Assembly: GCF_023055435.1 (NCBI RefSeq)
Contig: NW_025964334.1
Location: 2,232,001-2,296,000 of the forward strand
Length of the DNA: 64,000 nucleotides
Direction: 5' to 3'
Source: Haliotis rufescens
Taxonomy: Eukaryota
The notes below the pieces were generated by a model, which was not told the DNA's origin, searched no databases, and saw nothing but the letters and a program-made list of their open reading frames with translations. This document shows, piece after piece, positions 13,183 through 25,680 of this stretch (positions are counted from its first letter, which is position 1; the number at the start of each line of letters is the position of its first letter). The position numbers and the translations under genes are program-made.

Positions 13183-16100
13183 CTAAATGATACAAAAGGT
13201 GAGTGAGTGAGTTGAGTTTAACGTCATCTTGAATGCATATGTCAGTTAAATTAGCTGAATGTGGGAGGAAAGCCTAAAGTGATGCATGTCTTGGACGTTT
13301 TCAACTATTGAGACCCCATCAGCACGGGTATGGTGCAGGTAAACCAAGAAACACAATCACAGATATGAAGGGGTTAGTGTGTTACGATCAACAGGTTTTC
13401 TGTGTGAGTATTCCTGAGCTGAACATGACCCAGTGCTTGTCTAAAGTTTGACTGAAACTGTGTCAAACTGTGATTCGGTGGCTCTCATTTACCGTCGGCG
13501 CTGGTCGTTGCTTATCAACGCTGCACCTTATACTATTTGAACCTATTTTCATGTCAAACTATATCAGACCGCGGATATTGCTTTGTAACACGACAAATTT
13601 ATAAAAAAGTTTTATCTGAAAAAAATTTAAAGTCAGGAGTGTCCGCTACAAACCTTGTATGACTCGAGCCTGTAAGATTAGAGGTCTTCATAGCATCTTG
13701 AGCTGTTGTGCTCTTGTGTTGTTTTTTTTGGTTGTATTTTGGGGTTTTTATTGTTTAACGCCGCTCTCAGCAACATCCCATCTATATGACGGCGGTATGT
13801 ACATAATCGAGTCTGGGCCAGACAATCCAGTTATTGACATCAAGAGCATCAATCCACGCAATTGGAAATGCATCAACCAAGTCAACAAGCCTGACAGCAC
13901 GATCCCGTAAGTCGCCTCTTACGGCAAGAATCGGTTGCTGAAGACTTTCTCTGTACCGGATCTTCGTGTGCTCTTGTGAGTTGGAGGAACTTACGTTTCA
14001 AGTCAAGTGAAACGGGACATATCACCGAACCACAAGGCAACGGATATTACCTTCGACTATGTGTGATAGGATTTGCATGTTGTTAGGAACTTGAAGGTCA
14101 GTACGAATCAAATCCTTCACTTCATCAACCACAGATTTGCCTGACCCACATGAGAGTATTAACGACGTTACAGCTTGAAGCACTGAGGGTTTCGTCTCAA
14201 CTAAATATATATTCGTATTGGTGAAATTCAAGCGTAAAGGGTCCAGCACTCTTGCATAACACCTCGTTCGCCTGACCCACACTGAATTATGAATTATTTA
14301 CATACATTCAGGCTTGTTTTAGCTAGAATATAAATCTGCAGCGTAAAACAAAAGTCAATCACTCTCTCAATAAAAATATACATACCACAATTCTGGTCAA
14401 CTGAATAGTGAACACCATCTCAAATGGCTGGTCAACTTTGAAAGGGAAGAACCCATTCTGTTTCACATGCGACTGGCCCCATTTGCCTCTGACGTTATCA
14501 TTGGTCACCACGACCTGCGGAGGACTACTGACACCGATATAGGCATGGGAGACGTCTCGGCCTAGTTTTAGATAGACTCCGAACCTGTAACACGACATTT
14601 CACGACATTTCAAAATGTCCATGTCGATTTTCCCCACATGGGAATAATGTGTGTAGCCGATTTCTGGTGTCCCAAGCCGTGAGATTGCTTGAATGTTACC
14701 TAAAGCGGCGTGAAACAATACTCACTCACTCACTCACTCACCGGTTTAAGTTTAGTTTTGGGTCGGCTGTGAACCCAAAGCAACTTTTTGATGATCAGAT
14801 CAGTGTTGCTGAGTTTCTTAACGTTGTTCAGACAATAAGAACTTCCTTTGTTCTTTCATTTGTTTCATTTATAAATATTCATGAATAAACATGACACATA
14901 TCTTTATTGTTTAACCTGAAATTAGGTAGATATGTCGTCTAGTTTAATGTCTGGCCAAAATTTAGTGAAACTGGTCAAGTTTGAAATTGAACTAATTTAT
15001 ATTTTCAGCTTAAGATAGATAGATGGATGGTTACATCAAGTCAAAGTTTGTTATACAAGCCTGACATGCAAACATATTCAAATGAACATTCGTTGGCATG
15101 AATAATTGTACACTAAGCCTAAAAGAGTAAGAAAATGACACATACAAAAATCGGTAACTGAAGATAATAACTTAAAGAACGAAATCTTGTTACATTAAAT
15201 AAAACGGCCAAAGTCGGGTGCCAACTGACGGTTAATGATTCCTGCATCTACCCCCAAAAGAAGTTACAGATATTCACTTTCAGTGACATCTTGTGTCATT
15301 CCATCCAAACGTCATCTCGTGACATAAACTCTAAAGGGCCATCTCGTCACATTCAACCCTAAGGTCATGTCGTGACATTCTCTCCCAAGGTCAGCCAATG
15401 TCATTCAATACCAAGGTCATCTTGTCATTACAATGGCTGTAATATCTCACATTACCTACAAAAGACACATACGATTTGAAGGGGAAAATCATTGACAACT
15501 CCTTGAACAACAACAGGTGATGCTGACATTCAGGTAAGAGAACCAGAAATAAGGGCACAGAGAGAAAGAGAAACAACAGGTAAAAGAAATAGTAGGTAAC
15601 AGAAATAACCAGCAACATTAATAATGCTAAAGGAAATAACGTAACAGAACTACATATAAAAGTAACAGAAGTTCAAATATAAGTAATAAAAGGTAACAGA
15701 AATACAGGTAACACATGCACAGGTAACAGAGCAACATATAACAGGCTTACAGGTAACAGAAATAACAAGTAACAGAACTACGGGTAACGCAAATTAAGCG
15801 TGACAGAACTGCAGATAACAGGAATAACAAGTAACAGTAGCACAGATAACAGAAACAACAGGAAATATAATAACAGATGATAGAAATAACAGGTAACACA
15901 AATAACAGGCACTACCTGAACTCGCCACCCTGAACACTGCAACACACATACGGAAATAATAAATCATCCATTTAGAATAGTGAGTGAGTGCTTCTTTAAT
16001 ATGTATTACTGTCGAGTATGTATATTACCCTCGTGACTATATGTTAGTGTTGAGTCTATGTATTACTGTTCAGTCTGGTTGTTACTGTTGAGTCTATAAA

Positions 16101-19100
16101 TTACTGTTCAGTCTGTATGTTACTGTTGAGTCTATATGGCACTGTCAAGTTTGTATGTTACTGTTGAGTCTATATGGCACTGTCAAGTATGTGTTTCTGT
16201 CGTGACTTTATGTTATGGTTGAGTCTTTTTGTTACTTTCGAGATAATATTGTTATAAGGTTAAAATGCTTCTCAAAAACATTAGAAAATTGTGACAAAAT
16301 TATAACTAATTAAACTTTTTATAGCTGCAATGATGTAGTTGCATTGTACATGAAGTTTGTAACAGAGAACCTCTACTTAGAAAGGGATTAATAGAGAAAG
16401 GACATTTCACATTTACCATCGGATTGTTTCTGAACATTTCATATATATTATTGGATTGGTTCCACATTTTCGGCGATTAGTTAATGAATCAGCAGGTTGG
16501 AAGAATCTGGAGTGAGTCTAAAACCAAAAGAGAGATACTCAAATGTATGCGGAGGCTTTAGTATCTTTCCGAGTACGACACACATGAGTTCATGGTCAGA
16601 TCAAACTTTTAACGAATCAAATTGAGATACAATTACATAATGACAAAGAACGGTCAAACTCGGACACTTTAAACAGATACGTTCAGCACTAGCTGAGGAG
16701 AGCGGACTTTACCAGAGACTGAAGCCCATCGCTAATAGCCCGTTTTTCAGTCTTTCTGGACTGTCTTATTTCAAAGTTGTATTTGGAACTGGACTGGAGC
16801 GATTACACGTATGTGAGTATCACCTATGAGTTGTGTTGATCAATGAGAGCAAGGGCCGGTACATGAATGCTGATAGAGATAGTTTGGAGTCTGGGTTGAT
16901 AGACCATTTTACCCTGTGCCTTAACGGACCCTTGGGCGACCATGCAGGTGGTGGAGGCATGTCTCCCAATGTCCACAACAGGGCGGAACGACAATAAAGT
17001 AGGTCGCTGTAGTAGGGTTCAGTTAGCCCCAGAACGCCAATATGTTACTGTCCGGTTAATATTACTGTTGTGTCTGTTTGCTACTGTTGAAGATATATGT
17101 TACTATCGTAACTGTATGTTACTTTCGTATTGATATGTTATCGTGTCTATATGCTACTGTCGTGTCTATATGCTACTGTCGTGTCTATATGTTGTTACTT
17201 ACCTGTTTCTTTTCCGTGTCGGTACACCCTTAACGGTGACGTGTGTTCCTCGGTGGGCCTTGCAAGGGAACTTCTGAGTTACAGAGACAGATGACTGAAA
17301 AAACAACAACCTCGTGGTGGCTCAGTAAAACAATGCTAAAGTCATACCCGTCTTCAACACCTAGGTCATACCCGTCATCAACACCAAGGTCATACCCGTC
17401 TTCGACTTCCGCCCTTAACACTTCGTACATGCGTGTTCATCCCCATAACATTTTTACATGTGAAGTTTACATGATAAACAACTTTTCCACTTGACGAGAG
17501 AACAGTCACATGACGGCGAAATTGACTTTCATATTCAGTGTTTTAGTATACATTGAAAAACGTCAGAGAATTTGACTGCTTAACCATCCACCAATATCCT
17601 AGCTACTACCCGTCCCAGTGAACAAAGTGAAGACATGCACATCTAAACTATCGTTGTATCAACTCCACGACAATTTGTGCATTTACCTAAGTATCTATTT
17701 TACATATCTCTAATATTACCTTTCAGTGATCAGCCAATATATATAACCGCCACAGGTTCATTAACAACTTCGGAAATCTCATCCGTCATGTCTCATATTT
17801 GATGTTAATGTACTATAACGCGCTGTCATTGTGACTGACTTGCACACCCTTCTCATTCAATGATGATATTATTTGAATACATTTGTTGTGAACAAACTAA
17901 AACAGTTGTTCCTGAAGAGGAAGTTGAGCACACATACGCTCACGTCACCTCTCCTTTTAAGGAACTATTTTATTCCCCGATACAGTTGTTGTTTGGCTGT
18001 CATTGTGAGCATAAAATCCCACTTGATACTAAATAAAATTGTGTATAGATCAAGACCTACATCATTCGAGGTACAAAATAGCAATGTAAAAAGTAATACG
18101 GAGAGATTTTCACTTTGTGTGAGTTTATTGCAGTGTGAATCCTTATTGAGTGAGGGCCAAATATTGTATGAACGTTGTCACAAGCTTCGACGTTCATACT
18201 GCAATGAACTCACACATTCAATTCAATTCTTAAGTATCGATGCATGAAGCACTGAGGGTTTCGTGTAAACTAATTATAGTCGTATTGGTCAAACTGAAGC
18301 GTAAAGGACTCCTGCATTACTCCTCGTTTACTGCATTCCATTGTACAAAGGTGTGATGAGCCTCTACCTCTACCCACTTAACTTCTACAGAGCGTCTGGG
18401 GGGGGGGGGGGGGGGGGATTTAATCAGTGGTAATTTACTTGAGTATTACCAGTTTGTCCCAGTAAATCTGATGACACACAGCTGAAGGGTCGAGGGTACT
18501 CCAGTCGCCTGACTTGAGGCAGGTCCTGGTGTTGTCCACTTTGCGACAGAAGCCGTAGTTGATGTTGCAGGTGTAGGTAGCAATGTCTCCTTCTTGTCTA
18601 GATGGAGCTGACACTTTAGCGTTGGGGATGGAGCTTGGTGAACTACATCCTAGGGAGCATTAAAAGAGAATTGTAAACGTTTCTCGTGTTTAGTGCGCAC
18701 GGTTTCCACGGAACTACATTAATGGATAATTAAACCTATCGTTAAATACAAGTTTGTCTACCAACGTCTCTGTTAAATGCGAAAGTATTTTTATTGTTCG
18801 ATGAAAATTCACTACTGATGTATTCTCTTCCAACCATTTGTAAGATGATCTTTTCTTCAAACATGATATAAATTCACAACGATGTAAAAGCTGTAGTTAA
18901 TGTTGCAGGTGTAGCTAGCAATGTCTCCTTCTTGTCTAGATGGAGCTGACACTTTAGCGTTGGGGATGGAGCTTGGCGAGCTACACCCTGAGGGAACTAA
19001 GAAAAAAGGGGGTATTGCAAACATTTATGTAGGACCCATGGTTTCCATAGAACTACGTTTTTGTCTAATCAAGTCCTGGGGAGCATTAAAGGAGAATTGT

Positions 19101-20104
19101 AAACATTTCTTGTGTTTAGTGCGCACGGTTTCCAAGGAACTACATTAATGGATAATTAATTGACCAATTCATATAGGTTCATATAGTTCTGATTCTCATA
19201 GGGGATATAACTTCACTGATCAGACTCTTATATGGGTTTGAACGCCACAGAGTAGGTTCGTAAAGGGATATAACGCCAGTAACTGGTTCTTATAGGGGAT
19301 ATACCTCGATTGACTAGATTATGTAGGGACGATCACGACACTGACGAGGTTATGACAGGGCTTATGACGTCTCTTATCAGGTTCGTAAAGCGATTTAACG
19401 TCACTGACCACATTCTTATAGGGATTATCACGTCATTGAACAGGTTATATAGGGGATCGTACACTGACTGCGTGGGACGTTGCTCGCTTGTCTGGTAGAT
19501 ATCCGATTATTTACGCCTTGCTGTGACATGGCTGCAATATTGCTGTCCTCGACCAAAACAACATTCATTCACTCACCTAAAGCTCATTTATTATCTGATA
19601 TACTCAGGCCCTTGGATGTAATGTATCAGTGTTTATAACGTGATGTGAATGTTTACCAGTTGGTTCCCACTAAACAATTTCTTTGAATCTGGTTTCTAAG
19701 ATAAAATATGCAGTACAATGTATGTTCATGCACTCGAAGGGGTAAGAGGGAAATAGTTCAACGCAGTTTGTTTTTTTACAAAGCAGACATTTAGCGTGAA
19801 GTTGGGACAGCAGGAATGGACAATGCACTACTGTTTTAGCATCAAACCTGCTTCTGATGTAACAAATGCAATGTTGACAGAAGGTCCGAATGCTTGCAAA
19901 CCTACCTTGCACGTCGCCGTTGCTGTAGGGGTTGTCGATGGAGATGGAGACGTCGGACACAAATGTGACACATGAGGCTTCTTGGCTGCACTGGATGCCT
20001 GTCCAATGCGTTCCTAACACAGTGATCCTATAAGGCTGAGGTTGTTCAGCGGCGCCCAGTGTCATACATATGAACGCTGAGATACAGTAGCCGACCGGGG
20101 ACAT
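13042..20104 (-). CDS. Five-exon gene, copy A: secreted Sushi/CCP + galectin-fold protein (~276 aa); exons 20104-19906, 18649-18450, 17294-17203, 14584-14386, 13182-13042
   Basis: All introns GT..AG with phases 1,0,2,0 and no stops. Protein: MSPVGYCISAFICMTLGA (signal) ... CSSPSSIPNAK..YTCNINYGFC..RTCLKSGDWS..AVC (CCP) ... KFPCKAHRGTHVTVKG..RFGVYL..VVTND..GKWG..FPFKVDQPFEMVF..VTVD..VRVSCISI (galectin fold). Confidence 0.85.
14386..14584 (-). CDS. Copy A exon 4 (galectin core)
   Basis: RFGVYLKLGRDVSHAYIGVSSPPQVVVTNDNVRGKWGQSHVKQNGFFPFKVDQPFEMVFTIQLTRIV matches the galectin RF-x-V..N..G-x-WG..FPF..PF pattern. Confidence 0.85.
15285..16240. repeat. Three adjacent degenerate intronic minisatellites; mirror ~31705-32700
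   Basis: Units like gtcatctcgtgacatt.., aggtaacagaaataac and tgttactgttgagtctata. Confidence 0.85.
17040..17200. repeat. Minisatellite (tgttactgtcgtgtctata-like) abutting the exon 3 donor; mirror ~30800-30960
   Basis: Directly visible tandem units of ~20 bp. Confidence 0.8.
17203..17294 (-). CDS. Copy A exon 3 (N-terminal strands of galectin fold)
   Basis: SSVSVTQKFPCKAHRGTHVTVKGVPTRKRN(R); phase 0 to phase 2; donor AG/GTAAGT. Confidence 0.82.
17341..17406. repeat. 24-bp tandem repeat x~2.7; mirror ~30597-30662
   Basis: gtcatacccgtc(t/a)tcaacacc(t/a)ag. Confidence 0.85.
18450..18649 (-). CDS. Copy A exon 2 (Sushi/CCP domain)
   Basis: C-x-x-P-x-x-I-P-N..Y-x-C..T-C-x-x-x-G-x-W-S..C pattern; acceptor ctccctag; donor CTG/GTAATA. 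Confidence 0.88.
18888..18996 (-). pseudogene. Truncated duplicate of the Sushi exon within intron 1 of copy A
   Basis: Same acceptor as copy B exon 2; homology stops after CNINYSF and the frame reaches TGA about 9 codons later. Confidence 0.8.
19165..19470. repeat. ~33-bp minisatellite; mirror ~28870-29175, same family at ~57770-58095
   Basis: tataggggatataacgtcactgaccaggttct-like units. Confidence 0.8.
19906..20104 (-). CDS. Copy A exon 1 (signal peptide + CSQEASC segment)
   Basis: ATG at 20104; hydrophobic N-terminus; phase-1 donor CAAG/GTAGGT. Confidence 0.8.
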
Positions 20105-20759
20105 ATCGCCTGCTTTTTGTATGTTATATCGACTGAAGCAGTTCCTTGCCAACTCGTCGTTGGTCAATGTTAATATAAATAATTAATCAAGTATTTCTAA
20201 AATAAATGTAATAAAATTCAGAATGGCATTTGATAGAAGATCAATAAATGTCAGCTTATCTTAATCATAGGAGAATTTAAAGATAAAGTCTAATTGTATT
20301 ATATCAATACTTATTGGCCATTCTAAACTTACACAGTGCTCCAACTCACCCAGTGCCCGCAATTTGTTGTCATCCATGACTCCGTGATATGTGCAACTGA
20401 TTGTAGGTTCAAATTCTAGACTCACCCTGGCAAACCACACTGTTTGATAGTGATTCATGAACACATGCTTATGTCATAGTCGTCATCTGCTTTTAGCAGA
20501 GATATCTTATGGATATGGAAAGGGTTTGTCACTTTTATTTAAATATATAACTGATGATACTGTTTCAAACGATATTTGCCCTAATTAATATTTTATATTC
20601 TTTTTACATTCTGAACCGAAAGTTTAATCCTTATCTGCCACCATTAGAGGTGAAATATACTCATATTGAAAAATTGATAAACACAGAATGTTTACATGTG
20701 AAGTACAAAAAAGTCACATAACAAAATGGATCAAAATAACAACAAATATATTTATTCTA

Positions 20760-21760
20760 AAACAATCTAGTGTACATTAAAAGCCATTAAATTCAAGCAA
20801 ATATTGCAAAAATTATGTTGATTTCAAAATTGTTTCGAGCTTTTCCAGAAATTGATTTCCGTTCAATTTAGCCATGATGATAATGTATTAGAAATGGACT
20901 TCAATGAAGAAAAAGTTGACAGTGTATCAGCTGATTTTCTGGAATATCAAATCTCAAGAGAAGAAATTATTGACAGCATCTCTCACCTTAAAAATATTAA
21001 GTCATCTGGAACTGATAATATGATAGCAGAGTTTTTAAAACATTCCTCAGATATGTTAATACATTATTTGGAACATATTTTTAATATCCTTTCATAGAGG
21101 TCATTGGACAGTTGGTACTGTTGTTCCTCTTCAGTAACATGGCGCAACCAGCAATGTTAATAATTATAGAAGCACAACTCTTCTCAGTATATTCAGTAAA
21201 ATATGTACTTCCGTTATCAACCATCCACGTGGGCGGATGCTTATAATGAAATAACTGAGCCGCAAACATGTTTTACAAAGGGAGACTCCATGACTGACAA
21301 TGCCTTTATCCTTCCTTCTATAATACAGAGATCAGTAAACTAACTAACTAACTATCAGTAAAAGGAGCGACTTTATGTGTTTTTTTGTAGATTTTGCAAA
21401 GGCTCCGTGAAAAGGGTCCCTCTTTCAAAGACATGGGCTAAGTAGCAGAACTGGAATGTTATTGTGTTCTTTATATATAAATGTGAAGGTGTGTGTTCGG
21501 AATAATGGCGCTATATCGGACATCGGTGTCCTGCTAGGGTGTATATTAAATCCCTTTCCGTTTTCTTTTCATAAATGAATTAGCATATCAAATAATTGCA
21601 CTGATGGTATGCAACTGCATCCCAACCACTAAATGATTTTGGCTTCGTTTCTATGATGATATTAGATGTATTAGAGAGTTATTGTGATGATTCGAAACTA
21701 CATATGTAAAAAAGGATAAAACCAATGTTACAAATGTCATATTTGGGATACCAATTTCTT
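20760..21760 (+). mobile_element. Decayed RTE-X-like fragment; its 5' part has an inverted paralog at ~58095-58313
   Basis: ISREEIIDSISHLKNIKSSGTDNMIAEFLK and VFFVDFAKA. Confidence 0.65.
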
Positions 21761-21834
21761 AGTAAAGTACAGATTTTTCATTGGAGCCGTGCCAGTTTAC
21801 ACTTGTCAAAGGGTTACACAAAGAACGTCATCTT

Positions 21835-22079
21835 GACTACCAGATGGCTGTGTGGATTAGATCGCTGAATTTGTGTGCAGTCCCTCATGCTGGCAGTGTG
21901 GTTTCGAATCCCGGACGGGTCTCAACCCAAAATTGCATTTGCGTGTTCAAAAACAAAGTTGTAGTTTGGGGCGTAAAACATTTAGGCGATATTGAAAAGG
22001 TACATTTATATGCATGTAAACCCGTCATATAGCTGGAATATTGCTGAGTGCGGCGTTAAACAACAAACAAACAAACAAA
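21835..22079 (+). mobile_element. tRNA-derived SINE with (AAAC)n tail
   Basis: tggctgtgtgg A box, gtttcgaatcc B box, shared 3' cgtcatatagctggaatattgctgagtgcggcgttaaac. Confidence 0.7.
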
Positions 22080-22696
22080 GCACGTAACCAGTTCTTGGGT
22101 GAAACATCTGCCACACAGAAGGGTGTATGGTGAATGCGGAAGGTTTCCTATGTACATCTATAGTTATTTAAGGGTTATCAAATACTGGGTCAAGTTATTA
22201 AATATGCCATCTACAAGATAACCCAGAAAATATTAGAATATGATGCTTCTTTACGACAGCCATGGAAAAATTAATTTGCGCAGCAAAAGATAAAAACATG
22301 TTATACGAATGTTGATGTGGTTGTATTTGGTTACAGCAAAATATAGACATGTCACAGGTTTTTTCAGCCGTTTGGCCCAGACCATAAAAGATATTTACAT
22401 CCAAGAAATGGCATAGTTTATGTCCAGCTCCAGAGAAGCAAATTACAACATTACATTTAAGACTATTATAATACCAGAAACTTACGTAAGTTTAGAATAG
22501 CTCTTTCTCAATTTTGTTATATACTGAATAAGATTTAATGCAAAGTTATGTGTTTTACCAAATCTGAAACAATTTCGGTTTTCAACAGATAAAAGACTCC
22601 TGTAAGTGTTCAAATGGTTCAATTTGCCATCCTGACTTAAAAAAATGCGTGATTTCATAAAAAAAACATGAACATGCCAAAATGTCAATTTACAAA

Positions 22697-23697
22697 TCAA
22701 TAGCTTGTGTGTCCGACTCTGGTTGCGATGCAAGCAACACATCTTCGTCTCATGGAATGGACCAGGCGTCGCACAAAGTCCTGTGGGATATCTGTCCATA
22801 TCTGCTGGAGCATGTTTCGAAATTCCTGGAGTGTCTGTGGAACACGTGGTTGACGTCGAAGGCGCCGATCCATCTCATCCCACGTGTGCTCGATTGGTGA
22901 GAGATCAGGGGAGCGAGCCGGCCAGGGGATGACATTCACGTTGTTTTGTTGAAGAGAATCCTGAACAAGTCGAGCAATATTAGGCCGGGCGTTGTCATGT
23001 TGAAAGGTAATGCCTGGGCAATGACGACGCAAAAACGGTAGAACAACAGGGCCGATGATCTCGTAGCGCTGTCCATTGAGATTTCCCTCTACCACTATCA
23101 AACGGGTCCTCTGTCTTGCTGTAATCCCACCCCATACCATAACGCTGCCGCCCCCTGAACCGATCTTCTTCCATGACACAATGATTGACGTAACGTTCAC
23201 CTCGTCACTCGAATCCGTCCGTCGCTGTGGCTGAGGTGAAAACGAGACTCGTCAGTGAAGAGAACTTGTCCCCACTGCATGGCCGTCGAGCGTAGACGCT
23301 GTCTGCACCACTGTAGACGTGCTTGACGGTGGTTTCCTGTCAAAATGGGACGTCTGGCGGGTCTTCTGGCGACAATCCCTGCACATCTGAGGCGACGACG
23401 TACGGTTTGTGAAGATATTCGTCGAAGGCCAGGGATGCTTCTTGCAGTCACTGTTGCTGGCTAGAATCGATTTCGTAGGTGTGTTGTTCAAATCCAGTTG
23501 TCTTGTCGATTATTGGTTACGCGTGGCCTGCCACTCCGAGGATGGTCTCTGACTGCATTCGTCTGTTGCCAACGTTGCCATAAACACCAAATGGTGTTTC
23601 TGTGGACGTTAATTTGTCTTGCAACATCACGTTGACTCGATCCTGCTTCAAGCATACCCATGGCTCGCAGACGCTCATTTTCGGACAAGCGTGGTAT
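22697..23697 (-). mobile_element. Tc1-like DDE transposase pseudogene
   Basis: PRLSENERLRAMGML..RSGRP..VLFTDESRF..FQHDNARP..SPDLSPIEH; stops and frameshifts; start codon mutated to ATA; TIRs not identified. Confidence 0.9.
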
Positions 23698-23959
23698 TTC
23701 GTAATGTTGAATAATTGCGTAATTTTGTTGTTTTTCTGAGTGGTTGTTGTCAGCATGATGCGAAACAATGCATATGGAATCCCGTTAACGCCCATGTTTT
23801 TATACCCATTCTTGGGTAGTGAAATGCATGGGGCTTGCATAAAAGTAAACTTTTGCATGGAATGCATGCTTTTCTGTAGCAGTTGCGTTTTTGTGACTTG
23901 ATTCTATACATGTACTACAATATTGAAAAATACACTTAAATATTGGTGTCACAGGATCC

Positions 23960-25265
23960 TTTGTTGTTGAGTATAGTTTCATTGGATTTATCAAAAAGGA
24001 CAAGATCAGGTTTGTTGGCCTGGATTGGTCCGAGGCTGTATGCGGGCCAATTCCAAAGAATGTTTTATTTATCATTTTCCATGACGTCCGCTTCATATTC
24101 CGGGTCGTTTCATGGATGGACCTCTGTGTCAAAACCACAAGCATCGCGAACACGGTATTATAAGGATAGAGACACTCCATAATGTCGATTAAGATACTGC
24201 GTTCGTGCCAAAGCTGGGCATCCACTGACAATGTGTTGGACAGACTCATTAAATTTATTGCATAATCTATATATTATATTTACATTTTAATGCACAATCA
24301 CACACTGGCGGTATCGGAAGATGGAAGTGTCGGGTCCTGAGCGGCAAACACAAAGTCTTCTGTTTCACTTTTAAGGCAAGCGAAGGACTCTGCATGGCTG
24401 CACTATGCACATAAACTCGACGTCAGAAAGCCTCTCCTTGAAAAGGGGCCGATTTGATATGGCACTGAGTTTGGTGGACACTCATTTATGTGCCGTCCTG
24501 CAGTAAAGAACTATTAACAAAATCAACATTGGGATTGAGATCATGTCCCACATCTTTGGCTCGTTTAAGAAAACTATGGAATGCCTCGTATTCATCATGA
24601 GTCTTGACATGCTTCACACGAGTATTATCAGACAAATAAATGTGTACAAAAGTGGACAATACAATTCTAGCATGAAGAGCCTCCACGTTAATCAAAACAC
24701 GCCCTCCGCATTATAATTGGTGAAATAGGCGATTGATGGAAGAGCGAGGGTGGTGGGATATCTTGTCTGACATGATTCTTCGTGTGAGGGTGTCAATACC
24801 CGGAATTTCCTGTTTCGTCCAATCAACAACACTAAAAGAATATGAAAGGACGGGTGCAGCATAAGTATTTGTGACTGTGACTTCATTGCGAGCGTTCAGC
24901 TCTGAACTCCAGATTTTCTTAAGGCTACATTTGTACACTGCCCGAGTTTTTCCTTGATATGGGCCTTTTGCAGTTTGTCCCTAACCTGCATCCCTAAGTA
25001 CGTATAGGCCTGACCTTCCACGAGATGGTCAATAACTCCTCCCCAAGTAAACTGACTGATCCTCCCTCGTCTACCTTGCCACGTTTCAGATTAAGAATGT
25101 TGATTTTGTCGAGGACATGCCAATGTCACTAGAAATGGACTCGACAATGATAATCTGTTTTTTTAGAGTGGATTCTCCTTTGGCCAGAAGTTCAAGGTCA
25201 TCCATGTAAAGGAGGTCAGTAAGGGGTGCGGGGGATCTATGTTGAGTAGGGTCCAGGATGATAAA
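23960..25265 (-). mobile_element. Decayed RLE-type non-LTR retrotransposon (R4/Dong-like)
   Basis: LLYMDDL, YTYLG, IWSSELNARN..APVLSYSF..HHPRSSINRL, KSETEDFVFAAQD, and ANKPDLVL (PD nuclease motif). Confidence 0.7.
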
Positions 25266-25515
25266 CTTTCTCTTTGCTTAGCAAACAGCTTAGCAAAAGA
25301 CTAAAAAAAACTTAAATATTCCTCTTCCAGTAGAAGGGATTCTGAAGTCACCACCTGCCACTGATAATACATCTCAAGTTAAGCTGACTAGCAATTGATT
25401 AAATACAAGTATTCAATCGGGGATGTCAGTGACTTCAAAATCCATTCGTGAGGTGCAGAATCATATTTTAAACTAGCAACTGGTACTTACAACCCCAACA
25501 TCTCTTTCTGCTACA

Positions 25516-25680
25516 GGGGGGGTCGGGTAGCCTAGTGGTTAAAGCGTTCGCTCGCCACGCCGAAGACCCGGGTTCGATTCCCGACATGGGTACCATGTGT
25601 GAAGCCCATTTCTGGTGTCCCCAGCCGTGATATTGCTGGATTATTGCTAAAAGCGGCGTAAAACCATACTCACTCATTCA
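25516..25680 (+). mobile_element. tRNA-derived SINE with 12-bp TSD
   Basis: A box tagcctagtgg, B box ggttcgattcc, (CACT)n tail; ctttctgctaca on both sides. Confidence 0.92.

Larger units (their letters stand above)
1..20758. repeat. Left arm of giant inverted segmental duplication (partner 27576..56659); may extend upstream of the window
   Basis: Bases 1-80 are the reverse complement of ~56580-56659, and 20721-20758 is the reverse complement of 27576-27613. Many ORF-track peptides recur on the opposite strand, e.g. 2039..2287+ vs 54237..54485-, 9552..10541+ vs 37439..38509-, 20261..20464- vs 27870..28073+. Confidence 0.97.

Noticed and set aside
15285-19470. Tandem arrays resembling CRISPR repeats
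   Set aside because: Degenerate head-to-tail minisatellites without unique spacers, no cas genes, eukaryotic context.
19670-20167. 165-aa single-exon ORF (likewise 14359..14718 and 33269..33628)
   Set aside because: Only the internal exon portions are coding; the rest is intron or SINE read-through.
25516-25590. tRNA-like sequences (also ~21840, 57087, 61545, 62630)
   Set aside because: They continue into shared SINE bodies with simple-repeat tails, and several have TSDs, so they are SINE heads rather than tRNA genes.
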